Shown piece after piece: positions 24,398-59,500 of a stretch of DNA of 64,000 nucleotides. How positions within the stretch are numbered: position 1 is the first letter of the stretch; the number at the start of each line of letters is the position of its first letter. The stretch is from Felis catus. Taxonomy: Eukaryota. The position numbers were made by a program, and so were the translations under genes. Under the pieces are notes generated by a model that ran no database searches, had not been told where the DNA came from, and saw only the letters and a program-made list of their open reading frames with translations. The stretch covers positions 1 to 64,000 of the forward strand of contig NC_058369.1 in assembly GCF_018350175.1 (NCBI RefSeq), written 5' to 3'.

Positions 24398-24525
24398 GGG
24401 CCTGGGCGGCTCAGTTGGTTGGGTGTCCGACTCCGGCTCAGGTCACGATCTCACGGTTCGTGGGTTTGGGCTCTGTGCCGGGCTCTGTGCTGACAGCTCG
24501 GAGCCTGGAGCCTGCTTCGGATTCT

Positions 24526-24560
<35 letters not shown>

Positions 24561-24612
24561 CCTCCCTGGCTCTCACTGTCTCTCTCTCAAAAATAAACAA
24601 ACATTAAAAAAA
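24398..24612 (+). mobile_element. Can-SINE
   Basis: cctgggcggctcagttggtt head, (CT)n and aaaataaacaaacattaaaa tail. Confidence 0.92.
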
Positions 24613-25404
24613 AATTTTTTTTTTTTTTAAAGATACTTCTAACCTCTAATTCTCCAGAAAGGAGAAACAAAGAAACAAAAGGCATGTTATTGAATACCGG
24701 GAAGCAAAAAATAAATAAAAAGATAAAAATCTTAAAAGCTGGGTAAAAAAACTAAGATAAGCAGATTTCTTGTTGTAAACAGAGCCAACCAGAAGACAGC
24801 AGAGCAACTTCTCTAAAGCACTCAGGAAAATGTAACTACACGAAAACGCCTCAATCAAAATCATTCTCAAGTCCCTCTAGTGCCCTGGCCCCTGTGCCCT
24901 GGCTTCCAACACTGGACAACCAACCCTGCAGGAATAAACCCCAGATGCTGAGACCCTGACTCCCCCCACCCTCCCAACATACCTGGTACCTGATTCGTCC
25001 TCTCTTGGACTCCACCCCCGTCCCAGCCAGGCTGCCCCCCTCCCCGCTGTCTCCCGCCCCCCCTCCCAGTAAGGCACCCCACCTGACTCTGACTCCAGCC
25101 CCCTCCCCTCTGCAGTCACCACAGGCAACTATGAACAGTGGTCTTAAGCCCCTGCTTACTCCCCCAGGGACTCCAGACCCAGAATGAAGCCAGCCATCCC
25201 TGACCTGCCCAGCCTCTCCCACTACCCTCCAGCTCTCACCCTGGGCCTCTTCCCCGGGGACCTGGGGCTTTTCTGTGGCCTTGGCCCTCATGGTGGACCG
25301 GCCCCCCACAGCCTGACTGCTGCCAGCACAGGGCCCGCCAAACGACCCATGGTCCCCAGCACCTCCTCCCAACAGCACAAGGCACCCATGGGCTTCAAAT
25401 CAAG

Positions 25405-25410
25405 TTTAAT
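25405..25410 (-). terminator. MIER2: Probable MIER2 polyadenylation signal (ATTAAA)
   Basis: TGTTTTATTTATTAAA on the minus strand, about 1 kb past the stop. Confidence 0.55.
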
Positions 25411-26383
25411 AAATAAAACAGCAAGGGATTCAAGGCAGTTATCACTTCACAGTGTGGTCCTTGGTGGGGTGAGGGAAGGTCGAGGCCAACTCTGCAGACG
25501 GGCTCGAGCCAAAACCCTCTCCTGGTGACACCCGGGGGTTGGGGAGCACTGCCCTGGCCCCATGGAGGACCCCACTCCAATTTGTAAACAGAAACATAAA
25601 TAAAATGAGGAAAGCTGGGAAAGAGAAGGACCGGGCCCCCAAACCATCTTGCTGGGGAGCTTCAACAGAAATATGACCCACGGGGTCAGGGGAACGGACT
25701 GGAGCCAGCCCCCTCGGTGCCTTGGTACCAAGGGGGCGGGGGGGCGGGGGGTCACCTGTCCCCTCGACCCCACCCCCGAGGCTACTCCTGGCTGGAGAGA
25801 GGGGGTAGACAGGTGTGGGGTAAAGTGCGGCTTTTCCTGACGAGGAGAGCAGGGTGGAGGTCGAGGGTGGGCGGGGCCGACATCGAGGTATATGGCTCTG
25901 TGCCCCAAGGGGTTTGGCACCGAGTAGCAGCTGCCCACGACCCCCGAGCTGGGGCAGCCTGAGGCCCTGCCAGGTGCAGGGAGACAGAGCCAAGCGGAGG
26001 GCCGAGGGCGCCCCGGGCGGAGGCTGCTGGTGGGGCAGCATCCCGCCCCATCTCCCACCTCCCCGATGGGGCAGGGACACCTTCCTCTGCTGGCTAGACG
26101 GGGCCGGGCCCTCTGCATCCAGCTGCCTGGCGGGTCCTGCGGTGGGGGCAGCGGCCTGGACAGCACGAACAGTGGTGCTGGGCACTGAGAGCGCCAGTCT
26201 GTGTGTGAGGAGGGCAGGGCAGCGTCCCAGCCACCGCTCACCCCCGTCCTTGACGCGTTCTGAAGCAGAGGCGGCGTGACCCGGGACCCACAAGGAGGGA
26301 AGGGGTCGGGAAGACTGGCAGAGGCAGGCCCCGCGGTGGCCCCGCGTCCTGTCCGGGCCACACGTGCCGCCCGCGGCCAGAGC

Positions 26384-48591
<22,208 letters not shown>

Positions 48592-49751
48592 GGCCGTGTG
48601 TGCGCGGGAGGCGGCGGCCGCGCCGGGATCCCCGGATGCGGGGCCGCGCGCTCATTGGCTGCGGCGCCCGGGAAGGCGGGGGCACCGGGCGGGGCCGGGG
48701 CGGGGCCGGGGGCGGGGCGCGGGCGGGGCGCGGGCGGGCGCGTAGTAGGTGCGCGGAGCTGGCTATGCGGGGAGCGCGGAGCGGGCGCGCGGACGGGGAT
48801 GCGCGGGGCCGTCGCCGGACCCTGGCCTGGGCCGCGCCTGGGCGGCGGGCTGTGGTGGAGGGAGGCTGATCCCTAAGAGCCACACCTGCGCAGGGAGCCC
48901 TGTCCCATTTCCTCCTTCCGATCCCAGGGCCGAGTGCTGTCCGCGCCCCGAGTTAGGGATGAGGAAACGGGCCGCCCGTGCGCCGGTGTTGGACCCAGGA
49001 TGGAAGGCTGGGCAGCGTGGTTCTGGAACTTTCTGCACTTTTGGCCCAGGGATGACCCACCTCGTGTGCCGCAGAGTCGACTGGGGCTTGCGAAAATGTG
49101 CCTGAAGACGAGCTTTGAGAAGGCGGCTCCCTGTGCTGGGAGCCGGTCCTGGCGGGGTGGGCAAGAGGGGAGGATCCCAACGCAGGGCCATTTGGCTCCG
49201 AAGTCGTAGTTGTTGTGTTTAGTTTATTGATTAAATGTCTGTGGACCTAATGCACTTCCCGAACCTTTGCTAGGCACGGGGGCAGAGTTTGAACGTGACA
49301 GCCCCAACATTTTAAATTTCGGACTGACGAGGGCTCTGAGCACGAGGGCAGAAGGTGTACAAAGAGTGTTGTAATCAAAAGCAAGAGAGGACGGAGGCAG
49401 GCCAGTGGCAAGGCCCTCAGCCTGCAGAGACGTCAGCCGCTGACTAGGATGGAGGGGTGGGGACAGAGGTGGACAGCTTGGAAAAGTAGACCCCACAAGA
49501 CCCCCTGATGCAGTGAAGGTGGCGAGAATGTGACGATGGCTCCCAGATTTCTGGCTGGCACAAAGGGTGGTGGTTCCAAGACTGAGGAGGTGGGGAATTC
49601 AAAAGCCTAGTTCCTTTCCCAGCCATCAGCCAGTGGAGTACTGAGAAGCTGAGATCCACCAGGCATGATGCTTGATAAAAAGCATTATCCCCAGCCCTCT
49701 GAGAGTCTACCAGCCAGGAGACAGAAGAACCACTTTTGAAAGGTCTACCCT

Positions 49752-49938
49752 GGGGCACGTCAGTTAGTTGGGCATCTGACTTTAGCTCAGGTCGTGACCT
49801 CACCATTGGTGAGTTTGAGCCCCGCATCGGGCTTTCTACTGTCAGCACAGAGCCCTCTTCGGATCATCTGTCCGCCCCCCCCCCCAACCCCACTCTCTCT
49901 TGCTCTCTCAAAAATAAATAAAAACGTTAAAAAAAAAA
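49752..49938 (+). mobile_element. Can-SINE (diverged)
   Basis: SINEC body and tail, flanked by gtctaccctg on both sides. Confidence 0.85.
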
Positions 49939-50884
49939 GTCTACCCTGCCCTTCACAGTTATATGAGTCAGTGGGCTCCCTACTCCTTGTGTTAGATACA
50001 CCTCATTCAGGTTGGAGGTTCAGGCGCTTGTGTCTGAGAGTCCTCACTGATACCTAGAGCAGTTGATCATTCATTCATTCATCCATTTATTCATTCAGTT
50101 AATCAATGAACTAAGTGCATGGCCCCTACAGCCCTCAACTAGGTGCTGGGCTTGCAGGGATCCAGTGAGGCAGGGAGACGGCCAATAGATACAACGAGAG
50201 GGGGTGTCTGTGTTTATAACATGTGCAAAAACCAAGGCAAAGGGTTTGCGTCAGGCTGAGAAACCAGAGAAGACTTCTTAGAAACGGCTTGGACAAGAAT
50301 CATCAGAGAGATGCGAAGGGGCAGCAGGGGATCCAGATGAAGGGAAGAAAGTTTTTAAGGTCTGAAAGCCTCTCTCCACAGGCTGATTATTACAGTTACA
50401 GTGTAGAAATGAGGCAACATTGGCCGGCTGATAAAAAATTAACATGGTAGTGAGGGGCAGACGAACACCATGTACCTTCCAATGTGATGCCCTTAGAAGG
50501 ACACTACATCACTTAATCTGGCCAGGAATGCGTATCCTGCATATATTTGAGAAAACTGCAGACAAACCCTGAATAAGGAACATGCTGTTAAACAAACAGA
50601 GAAGGACTGTATTCTTCAGAAATGTTACTGCCATAAAAGACCACTTTTTCCGACAGGACAACTAAATGCAATATCTGATCCTACTGGATCTGCCAGTGCA
50701 GATGGAAAGACTATAAGGACCATTATCGGAAACATAACTGGAACATGAATGACAAAACTGGAATTCAGACGTGGATTGGATAAACGTGTTACATCAATGT
50801 TAAGTTCGGGGAAATTGATAACAGTCCTGTGGTTCTGTAAGAGAATATTCTTATTCTCAAAAAATTTACACTGAAATATTTAGA

Positions 50885-51475
50885 GGTTAACATAGACTGA
50901 ATGTCCGTGTCCCCCCAGAATTCATATGTTGAAACTGAATCCCCGATATGATGGTATTTGATGGTGGAGACTTTGGGACGTCATGAGGACGGAACCTACG
51001 TGAATGGGATGAGTGCCTTATTTTTCTTAAAATTTTTATGTTTATTTATCTATTTTTCAGAGAGAGACAGAGGGAAGGGGAGGGTCAGAGAAAGAAAGAG
51101 AGAGAGCCTCCCAAGCAGGCTCCGTGCTATTGGCACAGAGCCCAATGTGGGGCTCGAACTCACAAACCTCGAGATCATGACCTGAGCCGAAACCAGGAGT
51201 TGGATGGACGCTCAACCAACTGAGCCACCCAGGTGCCCTGGGATCAGTGCCCTTATGGCAGAGACCCCAGGGAGCACCCTTGCCCTTTCTGTCCCCATGA
51301 GCAGATGGTGCAAAGCCAGCCTCTGAACCAGGAAGCAGGTCCTCACCAGTGACCAAATCTGCTGGCACTTTGATCTTGGACTTTCCAGCCTCTAGAACTA
51401 TGGAAAATACTTTTCTGCTGTTTGTAAGGCACCTGGTCTATGACGTTTCTGTTAGAACAGCCCAAAGGGACTAGA
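50885..51475 (+). mobile_element. MLT1A-like LTR interrupted by a minus-strand Can-SINE (51020-51238)
   Basis: gactgaatgtccgtgtccccccagaattcatatgttgaa…ttgatcttggactttccagcctctagaactatg. Confidence 0.8.
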
Positions 51476-52999
51476 CAGGAGTAAGGTGCCATGACACCAG
51501 CAACTTAGGTGGTTCGGAACAAATGATAAAGCAAACGGAGCAAAATGCTAATAGCGGAACCTGGGAGAGGGTATGTGAAGATATTTTCCCACGCTGCTTC
51601 TTGCAATTGTTCTGTATACCTGAATGGTTTTCAAATAAAAAGTAAGAGTAATAAAGCTAAGAAAATAAAAAGCAGTGTCTTTAGCCGAGTCTTAAAGGAG
51701 GAAGAAGAGGCTGGGAGGGTGTCCTCCCAGTAGGGACCATGAAGACAAAGGCCTGGAGAGCTGATGATTGGGCACCTGCAAGTGCGCAGGCCCTCCTGGT
51801 GCAGACGGGGAGTGCACAGCACCCTTAGTCTGACAGTTGCTGACAAAGCACTCGGGCCCCTCAGGGACTGGGGTCTGGGCTGGGCTGCCCCAGCAACTCA
51901 GCCTCGGAGACAGGGAGAGAGGGAGGAGGGTGTGGCTGCAGGTGGGGGATGATGAGTCCAGCCCAGGGTGGCGCTGGGGGCTGTAGCTCACCACACTAAT
52001 CTTTTTCTTACAAGTTTCCCTGCAGAAAAAGAAGCCTAACAAGGTCCTGGGTGAGGTGTTTCCAGAACATACATCGAGCTGAGCAGTTCTGGGTGGACTG
52101 TACTGGATGCTGTGTGCACCATGCAAACCCCCCAAACATACAGAAGCAGCATTTCTCTCAGCTGCTAGGGGTGCCAGTGGCTGGTGGCTCGAAGCTGAGT
52201 GTCTCCCAGGTCCCCCCTCCTTCACAGAGGCTGCCCACACCAGGACTTCTCCATGCAAACACATAAAGGCCAGCACCTGTGGCTACCGGGGGACAACTGT
52301 GTAGCTCCAGAGGCCCCCGTAGGGTCAGCTGAGACCATCCTCTCAGCCCCCTGTCCCTCTGTCCAGCCCTGCTTCCTTCACTGCCTGGCACGCTCCAACC
52401 ACAAGGGCGGTCCCCAGGAACCCCCCTGTCCGTGATCCCTGTCTCAAAGTCTGTTTCCCGAGGGCATAACCTCCGAGTCCTATTCTGAACGATTTAAAGG
52501 ACAAACAAAAGGAGTTATACAATTTTAAAGCGTAACATAAAACTGAGGAAGAACTAAGACCAAATGTCCAGTCAGGAGATGTAATAGGCCAAACTCAGAA
52601 GGACTCCCAGAACAGGTGACAGGGCAAATCCCAGCCACGTGCTCTGCATGCTGTCTAGTAAGGACAAGCTGCGTGGAGACAAAGCTAGTCACACTCTTCC
52701 ACCAGTTTACCATGTTCTAGAAAATTCCAAACCGTGGGGACAGAGAACAGATGAGTGGTTGCCAGGGCCCCGGGGTTGGAGGGACCGGATGACAGCAGAG
52801 CAGTGTGAGGGAAGTTCAAAGGGGGACAAAACCCGTCTCTGTCAATAGTGGTGGCAGTTATACAGCTGCCTGTGTCAGTCTCGTCAAACTGTATCCACAA
52901 CAGTCCGTACATCTCGATAAAGCTGACCACAAAACACAGTTGTGACATGCAGCATATATGATTCTTCATTCATGCCTTAAATCACAAGATAATAATTTA

Positions 53000-53720
53000 A
53001 ACAGCACTATCCACGATAGCCAAAGTATGGAAGGAGCCCAAATGTCCATCGACGGATGAATGGATAAAGAAGATGTGGTATATATGTACGATGGAGTATT
53101 ACTCGGCCATCAAAAAGAACGAAATCTTGCCATTTGCAACTACGTGGATGGAACTGGGGGTATGATGCTAAGTGAAATTAGTCAGAGAAAGACAAGTATC
53201 CTATGACTTCACCCATAGGTGGAATTTTAAAAACTTAACAGATGAACATAGGGGAAGGGAAAGAAAAATAATATAAAAACGGGGAGGGGGGCAAAATACA
53301 AGAGACTTTTTTTTAATGTTTATTTTTGAGAAAGACAGAGTGGAAGCGGGGTGGGGCAGAGAGAGACACACACACAGAATCTGAATCAGGCTCCAGGCTC
53401 TGAGCTGTCTGCACAGAGCCTGACGTGGGGCTCGAACTCAAAAACCGCGAGATCATGACCTGAGCCGAAGTCAGACGCTTAACCAACTGAGCCACTCAGG
53501 CGCCCCAAGAGACTCTTAAAGATAGAGAACAAACTGAGGGCTGCTGGGGGGGTTGCGGGTAGGGGGATGCGCTAAATGGGCGAGGGGCATTAAGGAGGAC
53601 ACTTGTTGGGATGAGCACTCAGTGTTGTACGTAGGGGATGGATCACTGGGTTCTACTCCTGAAATCACTACTGCACAACATGCTAAGTAACTTGGATGTA
53701 CATTAAAAAATAAATAAATA
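53000..53720 (+). mobile_element. Carnivore L1 3' end (ORF2 C-terminus + 3' UTR) with a Can-SINE inserted (53308-53506, minus)
   Basis: gatagccaaagtatggaaggagcccaaatgtccatcgacggatgaatggataaagaagatgtgg…; aagagact duplicated around the SINE; A-rich tail. Confidence 0.9.
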
Positions 53721-53955
53721 GGGGCGCCTGGGTGGCTCAGTCGGTTAAGCGTCCGACTTCAGCTCAGGTCACGATCTCGCGGTCCGTGAGTTCGAGCCCC
53801 GCGTCGGGCTCTGGGCTGATGGCTCAGAGCCTGGAGCCTGTTTCCGATTCTGTGTCTCCCTCTCTCTCTGCCCCTCCCCCGTTCATGCTCTGTCTCTCTC
53901 TGTCTCAAAAATAAATAAATGTTAAAAAAAAATTTTTTTAATAAATAAATAAATA
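53721..53955 (+). mobile_element. Young SINEC_Fc inserted in the L1 tail
   Basis: CpG-intact body; aataaataaataggg/ggt flanks. Confidence 0.95.
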
Positions 53956-54399
53956 GGTTGTAACCCTACAAAAATACCTGGCTACTCATGTTACAAAGGG
54001 CTAATTTCCATAATTCTGTATCTAAAGACTTTCTACAAATCAATGAAGACCAGCAATTCTCATTTTAAAAAAGATAATAATTTAAACTTCGGCTGGTTAA
54101 ATTTTATTTTATAAAGATACGTCAGTGTGAAGTTTGTTTTTTCTCAACTTGCATAAGAACGTTAAAACACGAGATGGTCTTTGACCAGAGATCATACACG
54201 TCATTTCGGACCCTGAGTTGGTTCAAAGCTTCTGTTTTGTCTTGTTTCGAAGGTCCTGAGGTTGAAAATGCCGGTTCGCCTTCCCTTTCTCGGTGGAAGT
54301 GTGCCTGAACTGCCTGCGGGGCCGCCAGCTGCGCAGCAACCAAGGACGGTCCTCGCCCTCCGCCTCCTGTTAGGAGTCCGTGTTTAGCGTCGCTAATCT

Positions 54400-54790
54400 G
54401 TACTAGCTTCCTCTCGCTGCTGTAACAGATTACTGCAAAATCAGCCAATAGAATCCACACGCACGTGTCATTCGGGGGACAGAAATGAAGGGGCCAGCAG
54501 GGGCTTGCTCCAACCCGAAGCCCTAAGGGGAGAATGCGTTTCCTCCCACAGCTGCGTTCCTCCATCAAAGCCGGGGCTTCACATCATCTTGCTCTGGCGG
54601 CAGAAAAAGTACCTTCTTTTTCTGAGGCCAAATCTCCCTTTGCCTCTCTAAGGAGGTGTGACTGTATTGCACAGGATAATCTCTTTACCTCCAAATCTTT
54701 AATCTCATCCACAAACTCCCTTTTGCCAAACAAAATAAGATTCACAGATTTCGGGACATCTTTGGGGCATTCTTCAGGGAACCACTCTGC
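54400..54790 (-). mobile_element. MLT1-type LTR remnant
   Basis: tgtactagcttcctctcgctgctgtaaca…caggataatctc…aaatctttaatctcatc…ccttttgcca. Confidence 0.65.
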
Positions 54791-56264
54791 CAGATTCAGG
54801 ATGGGACCTCACGACATCACAGGGGTTTGAGTCTTGCTTGTTCACTCGTGCTCTTCCTCCCAAACACGTCCTCGGAAGGTCTTCAGTGGTCCCAACTGTG
54901 CCCCCCAGAGCAGCATAGAAAGTCAGCGGGCCCACTCATTAGAGCAGGGGCGCCTGGCTGGCTGGGTCCAAGGATTTCAGGTTTGTGAGTTCAAGCCCCA
55001 TGCGGGGTGTAGAGATTACTAAAATTAAATTAAATTAAATTAAAGTTAAAATGTGTACATATTTAAGCAACAATTGCCACAGGCTCTGAGCTAGGGTCCC
55101 AGCCTCCTGGAATGTCAGTTATTTGCTGGTTTATGTCACCATATCATTCAAGAGGGGAGGGTAGATTTTTGCTGTTAACTTTTTACTTCTGAGCACCTGT
55201 CTCCAGCACCTGTAAGTATTCACTAAATATCCTTTGTTGGTGAATGAATTAATGTCTTTAAGTGACTTAGAGCCTGTTAGCAACTTTGTATTCTCAGACT
55301 CATGGCTCAGGACCCGACACTTGGCAGGCGCTAGGAGAACCCTTGTGGAGGGCTGGCCTAAGGGGGTCATCACAGCACACTGTCAGGACCCAGCAAATAG
55401 CCCAGAAGTAGCCTGACCAGAATCAGCAAAATATGGGCCTTTGTTTAGAGTTTCGGAAAGACAAAAGATATCTCTCCGGCTGTGGTCAGCTGAATAACAG
55501 CTCTCAAAGATGCCAATGTCATTGTCCCGGGACCTGGGATTTGTCACCTCAAAGGGGGACCTTGTCAAGACCCCTGAGGCAAGAGTGACCCTGGGTTCTC
55601 AGGGGGCCCAGCGTCCTCACGAGGTCCTCACAAGAGGGAGGCAGAGAGCCGGGCAGACCCCATGCTGCTGGCCGTGAGGATGAGGAGGGGCCGCGGGCCC
55701 AGGATGCGGCGTCTCTGGCAGCCGGAAAAGGGGGACACAGGGCTCCCTGGGGCCCCGGGGGAACCGGCCCTGCCCACGCTTGGGTGTTAGGACTTCTGAG
55801 GCCAGAGCCGTCAGAACCAGTGTGTGTGGTGAATTGCTAGAGCGGCGCCCCCACCCTGGAGGCTCGGATAGGGGCCGTGAGTATTTCCCAACGTCTGAGA
55901 GCCTCAGTGTCCACTTCCGTAAAATGTGCACAAGTACAGCCCCCCTTCACTGGGCCACTGGAAAGATCAGTAAGTCATGCAATAGGCATCAGCTGGTTTT
56001 ATTATAGGGTCACTGAGTTTGAGGTGCATGGAGACACCCAGGAGACTCAGAGGGAACAAGGGAGGGAAGTGGGCACCTGAGAAGCGCAGAGGGCAGGACA
56101 GCGCGATCTGGAAGATAACAGGGCCGTACAAATCCCAGGCTGAATGTAAGCATGAACATTATCATTTTCCTCCTTGTCCTCGATTTGGCCACCAGCCTGC
56201 CCTCCCGCCTTCGGGCCAAAACACTCAGAGCCGACGACACACAAGGTTAGGGTGCAGTTGGGTG

Positions 56265-56270
56265 TTTACT
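56265..56270 (-). terminator. THEG: Candidate THEG polyadenylation signal (AGTAAA; alternative AATAAA at 55998-56003)
   Basis: AGTAAA about 35 nt after the stop, followed ~20 nt later by GU-rich TTGTGTGTCGT. Confidence 0.45.
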
Positions 56271-56304
56271 GGGAATGGGATCTCAGAGGCCAGGCCTGGG
56301 TCGC

Positions 56305-56543
56305 TCACACTCTTTTGGTGATGCTCTTGGGGGTGGCCAGCTCGTACAAGCGAGGGGATGCCTGAGCCACCAGAGACGCGGGGGAAATGTGGTAGGGGTC
56401 ATAGCCCTCGTTGAGGTCTTTGCGCACTTTGGGCTTGGCCAGAGAGATGATCCGGGGACTGGCCACTGCCTTCTTGGTGACGTCCAGCACTTCCCAGCGT
56501 GGATCTCGGTCAGGAACACACTGGTCCGACTGGGCCTTGGGCA
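56305..56543 (-). CDS. THEG: THEG last coding exon
   Basis: (M)PKAQSDQCVPDRDPRWEVLDVTKK…ELATPKSITKRV*. Confidence 0.93.
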
Positions 56544-59500
56544 CTGGAGAGGGCAGGAGAGAGGGACCGAGTCAGGCACTGAGACTTCAGACATGTGGAG
56601 GTCAGAGCTCCCAAGTTCAAAACGGATACACACGACATGGCCCATCCGCCTGCTGGACCACCACTCAGCCAGAGCGGAGCGAGGCGCCCACCCCCGCCGC
56701 CCTGCGGACAGACCCTGGACACACGACACTCAGGGAGGGAACCAGACACGAGAGGCCACACGGGGTGTGAGTCCACATGTGTGAAACATCCAGAACAGGC
56801 TCATCCACTGACGGGAAGGGGGCTCGTGGGGGCCGGGGGCTGGGGAGGGGGTGTAACCTCTCATAGGGACAGGGTTTCTCTTTAGGGAGATGAAAATTCT
56901 AAAATTGATTGTGGTAATTGATGCACAACCCTGTGAATGTACTAAAAACTTTTCAAATGTATGCTTTATTTTATTTTTTACTGAGGTATGTTGAATTGTA
57001 CGCTTCAAAAGGGTGAATTGAAAAGAGAAAAAATATTTCAAGTGGCCACAGGTCCCAGACAGAGGCACACAGAGGGGCCAGCCAAAGGAGGGAGGCTAGC
57101 GGCCGAGGGGGAGGGGGGTGCCTGGCCGGCCCCTTCACCTCCTCCCCTCCCTGCTCTGATGCCTCAGCCTCTGAAGCAGACGGGTGTGAGAGGCATCTCC
57201 TATCCCTGGCTGGTGCTGCACGCCTGGTGGGGGGATGGAGGGCAGCTCCCCAGGACAGGGCCCCCTGGGGACGCACCAGCCTCCTGGCTGAGACTGCCCT
57301 GATCCTCTGGGCTCCTGCCGGGCCCTCTCAAGAAACGCAGCTTTCTGCCCTGGGTAAGGTGGCTCCCACCAGCCACGTGTGAGTACAGAATGCCTGATTT
57401 GGGCTGCAGCTTTATTTGATTCAATTTTAAATTTTTTTTTTCAACGTTTATTTATTTTTGGGACAGAGAGAGACAGAGCATGAACGGGGGAGGGGCAGAG
57501 AGAGAGGGAGACACAGAATCGGAAACAGGCTCCAGGCTCCGAGCCATCAGCCCAGAGCCTGACGCGGGGCTCGAACTCACGGACCGCGAGATCGTGACCT
57601 GGCTGAAGTCGGACGCTTAACCGACTGCGCCACCCAGGCGCCCCTATTTGATTCAATTTTAATGAAATCAATCAACTAATTTAGATCAACCGATAGGTTG
57701 ATTTCAATTTCATCGAAGTAGCCACACCCGGCCAGCGGCTGCGGTTGAGGACTCACAGCTCTCACGCGCAGAGGCCTGTGGCTCAGCCAGGCTCCTCCTT
57801 CTCACCCCCGGCGGGCCCCCGCGGAAACCCCTCCTGCTGGTCTGCCCCTCCTCACCTCCTCCCCACCACCCCTTCCTGCAGCACGTGGGCTGTCTGGGGA
57901 CTAGAAGAGAAGTGGTCACCGGTGGTCACTGTCTTAGCCTTCGGTCTGTGCGAGCTTCAGGACCCTGGGGTTGCCTCCTTTCCACACCCGCTTGGCCCAG
58001 AGCCTCCGAGCGAATGGAAACGGGCCGTCCGCCCTCTCGGCGGAGCAACCCCAGCTCAGTGGGGTCCCTCCCACCAGGCAGGCACAAGTCCACGGGGAGG
58101 CCTGGCGGGGCAAGGTCACCAGGGTTGGACACAGATGTGCCGGGCAGGTGACCCAAGAAGCGGCCTGTCCAAAGAGAAGGGGACGAGCAGAAGGGCCTCA
58201 GCGCCCCTCAGGGCTAAGAGGACCGTGCCCAGACCCAGGCTTCTTTGAACTCCTCTGAGAATCTAGAAGCACGACCACCAACGTGACGTCTAGACTTTCC
58301 GACTCTGCCCGGGACAACTTAACAGTGGTGACAGAGTGTGTTTCCATACAATACACAATGGACACACGGAGAAGCAAAGCAGCCATGGACTGTGCCCACA
58401 CCTGTCTAGCTTCACGTGCACTGTCTCTCACCTTCAAGTGCTGGTCACAACCATCAGTGGACGCGAGTCTGCAGTGTGAAAAACACAGCCTTATACCCTC
58501 CTTGCAAACACACAACACACACATGTATGTTTATATCCCAGATGCGGGTGTGTGACAGGGACAGAAAGACAATGTGGCCTAACACAGTGGTACGTGTTCT
58601 CACGTGTACATTCACTTAACTGGTCTTTTCGTGAATATTAAGAGAATGGATAAATGGATGGGCAAACAAAAGATCCCATAAGCACAGTTAAAAGAAGAGA
58701 GACCAGGAAAAGGTTATGTTGCCATGTGCTCAACAAAGGGTTGGTGACTATCTTACATAAAGAGCTGCTCTAAATCAATAACAAAAAAAAAAAAAAAAGG
58801 GGGAACTAGAAAACCAGGAAAATGATAGAACAGAGTGAACCAAAGTGGCCAATCGGGCTCTCTGGTGACTAAGTGCCTCTGACACTGTTGGCCTGGCACA
58901 TAACAGATGCAGAAATATACTGGAAGGTCTGTTAGAAGGTGACGGGTGCTGAACAAGTGGTCCCCAGAGGTGGGCTGGCTTGTGGACTGAGACAGGGCAG
59001 TGAGGGCCCTCACCAAGGGGGCAGAGAGGAGCCAAGCCCTGTGGGAGGCAGAGGGGCATCTGGGGAGCGCCTGCCAGGCTGTGGGAAGGGCCACTGGGGA
59101 GGCGCAAGCAGAATGGAGTCAGGTGGAGGAAGCCAGGGCACAGATCGCAAGGTCCCGTGGGCCACACCGAGAGAGGCAGGTCCCCTGAGCGGGTCATGAG
59201 CAGAGAAGGACAGAATCTGAAACAGGCAGGGGTGGCGCCCAGGATCAGGGCAGTCCTGGTCTGGTCCAGGGACGCACGGTGGGCCCACAAGGGTTGTGGG
59301 GGTGGAGGCAGCTAGGGGCCTCCATAGCTCAGAAGGCAGAGCCCACAGGAGTCCTCCTTGCCTTGGACGTGGACAGTGTCATAGAAACGCCGGGCAGGAA
59401 GAGCATCTGGAAGGGTGCACGCAGGCAAGCACATACATGTGGCCACACAACTTTGCGGATCTGTGTGTGCACACCCAGAAACACACCAAACTGGATTATC

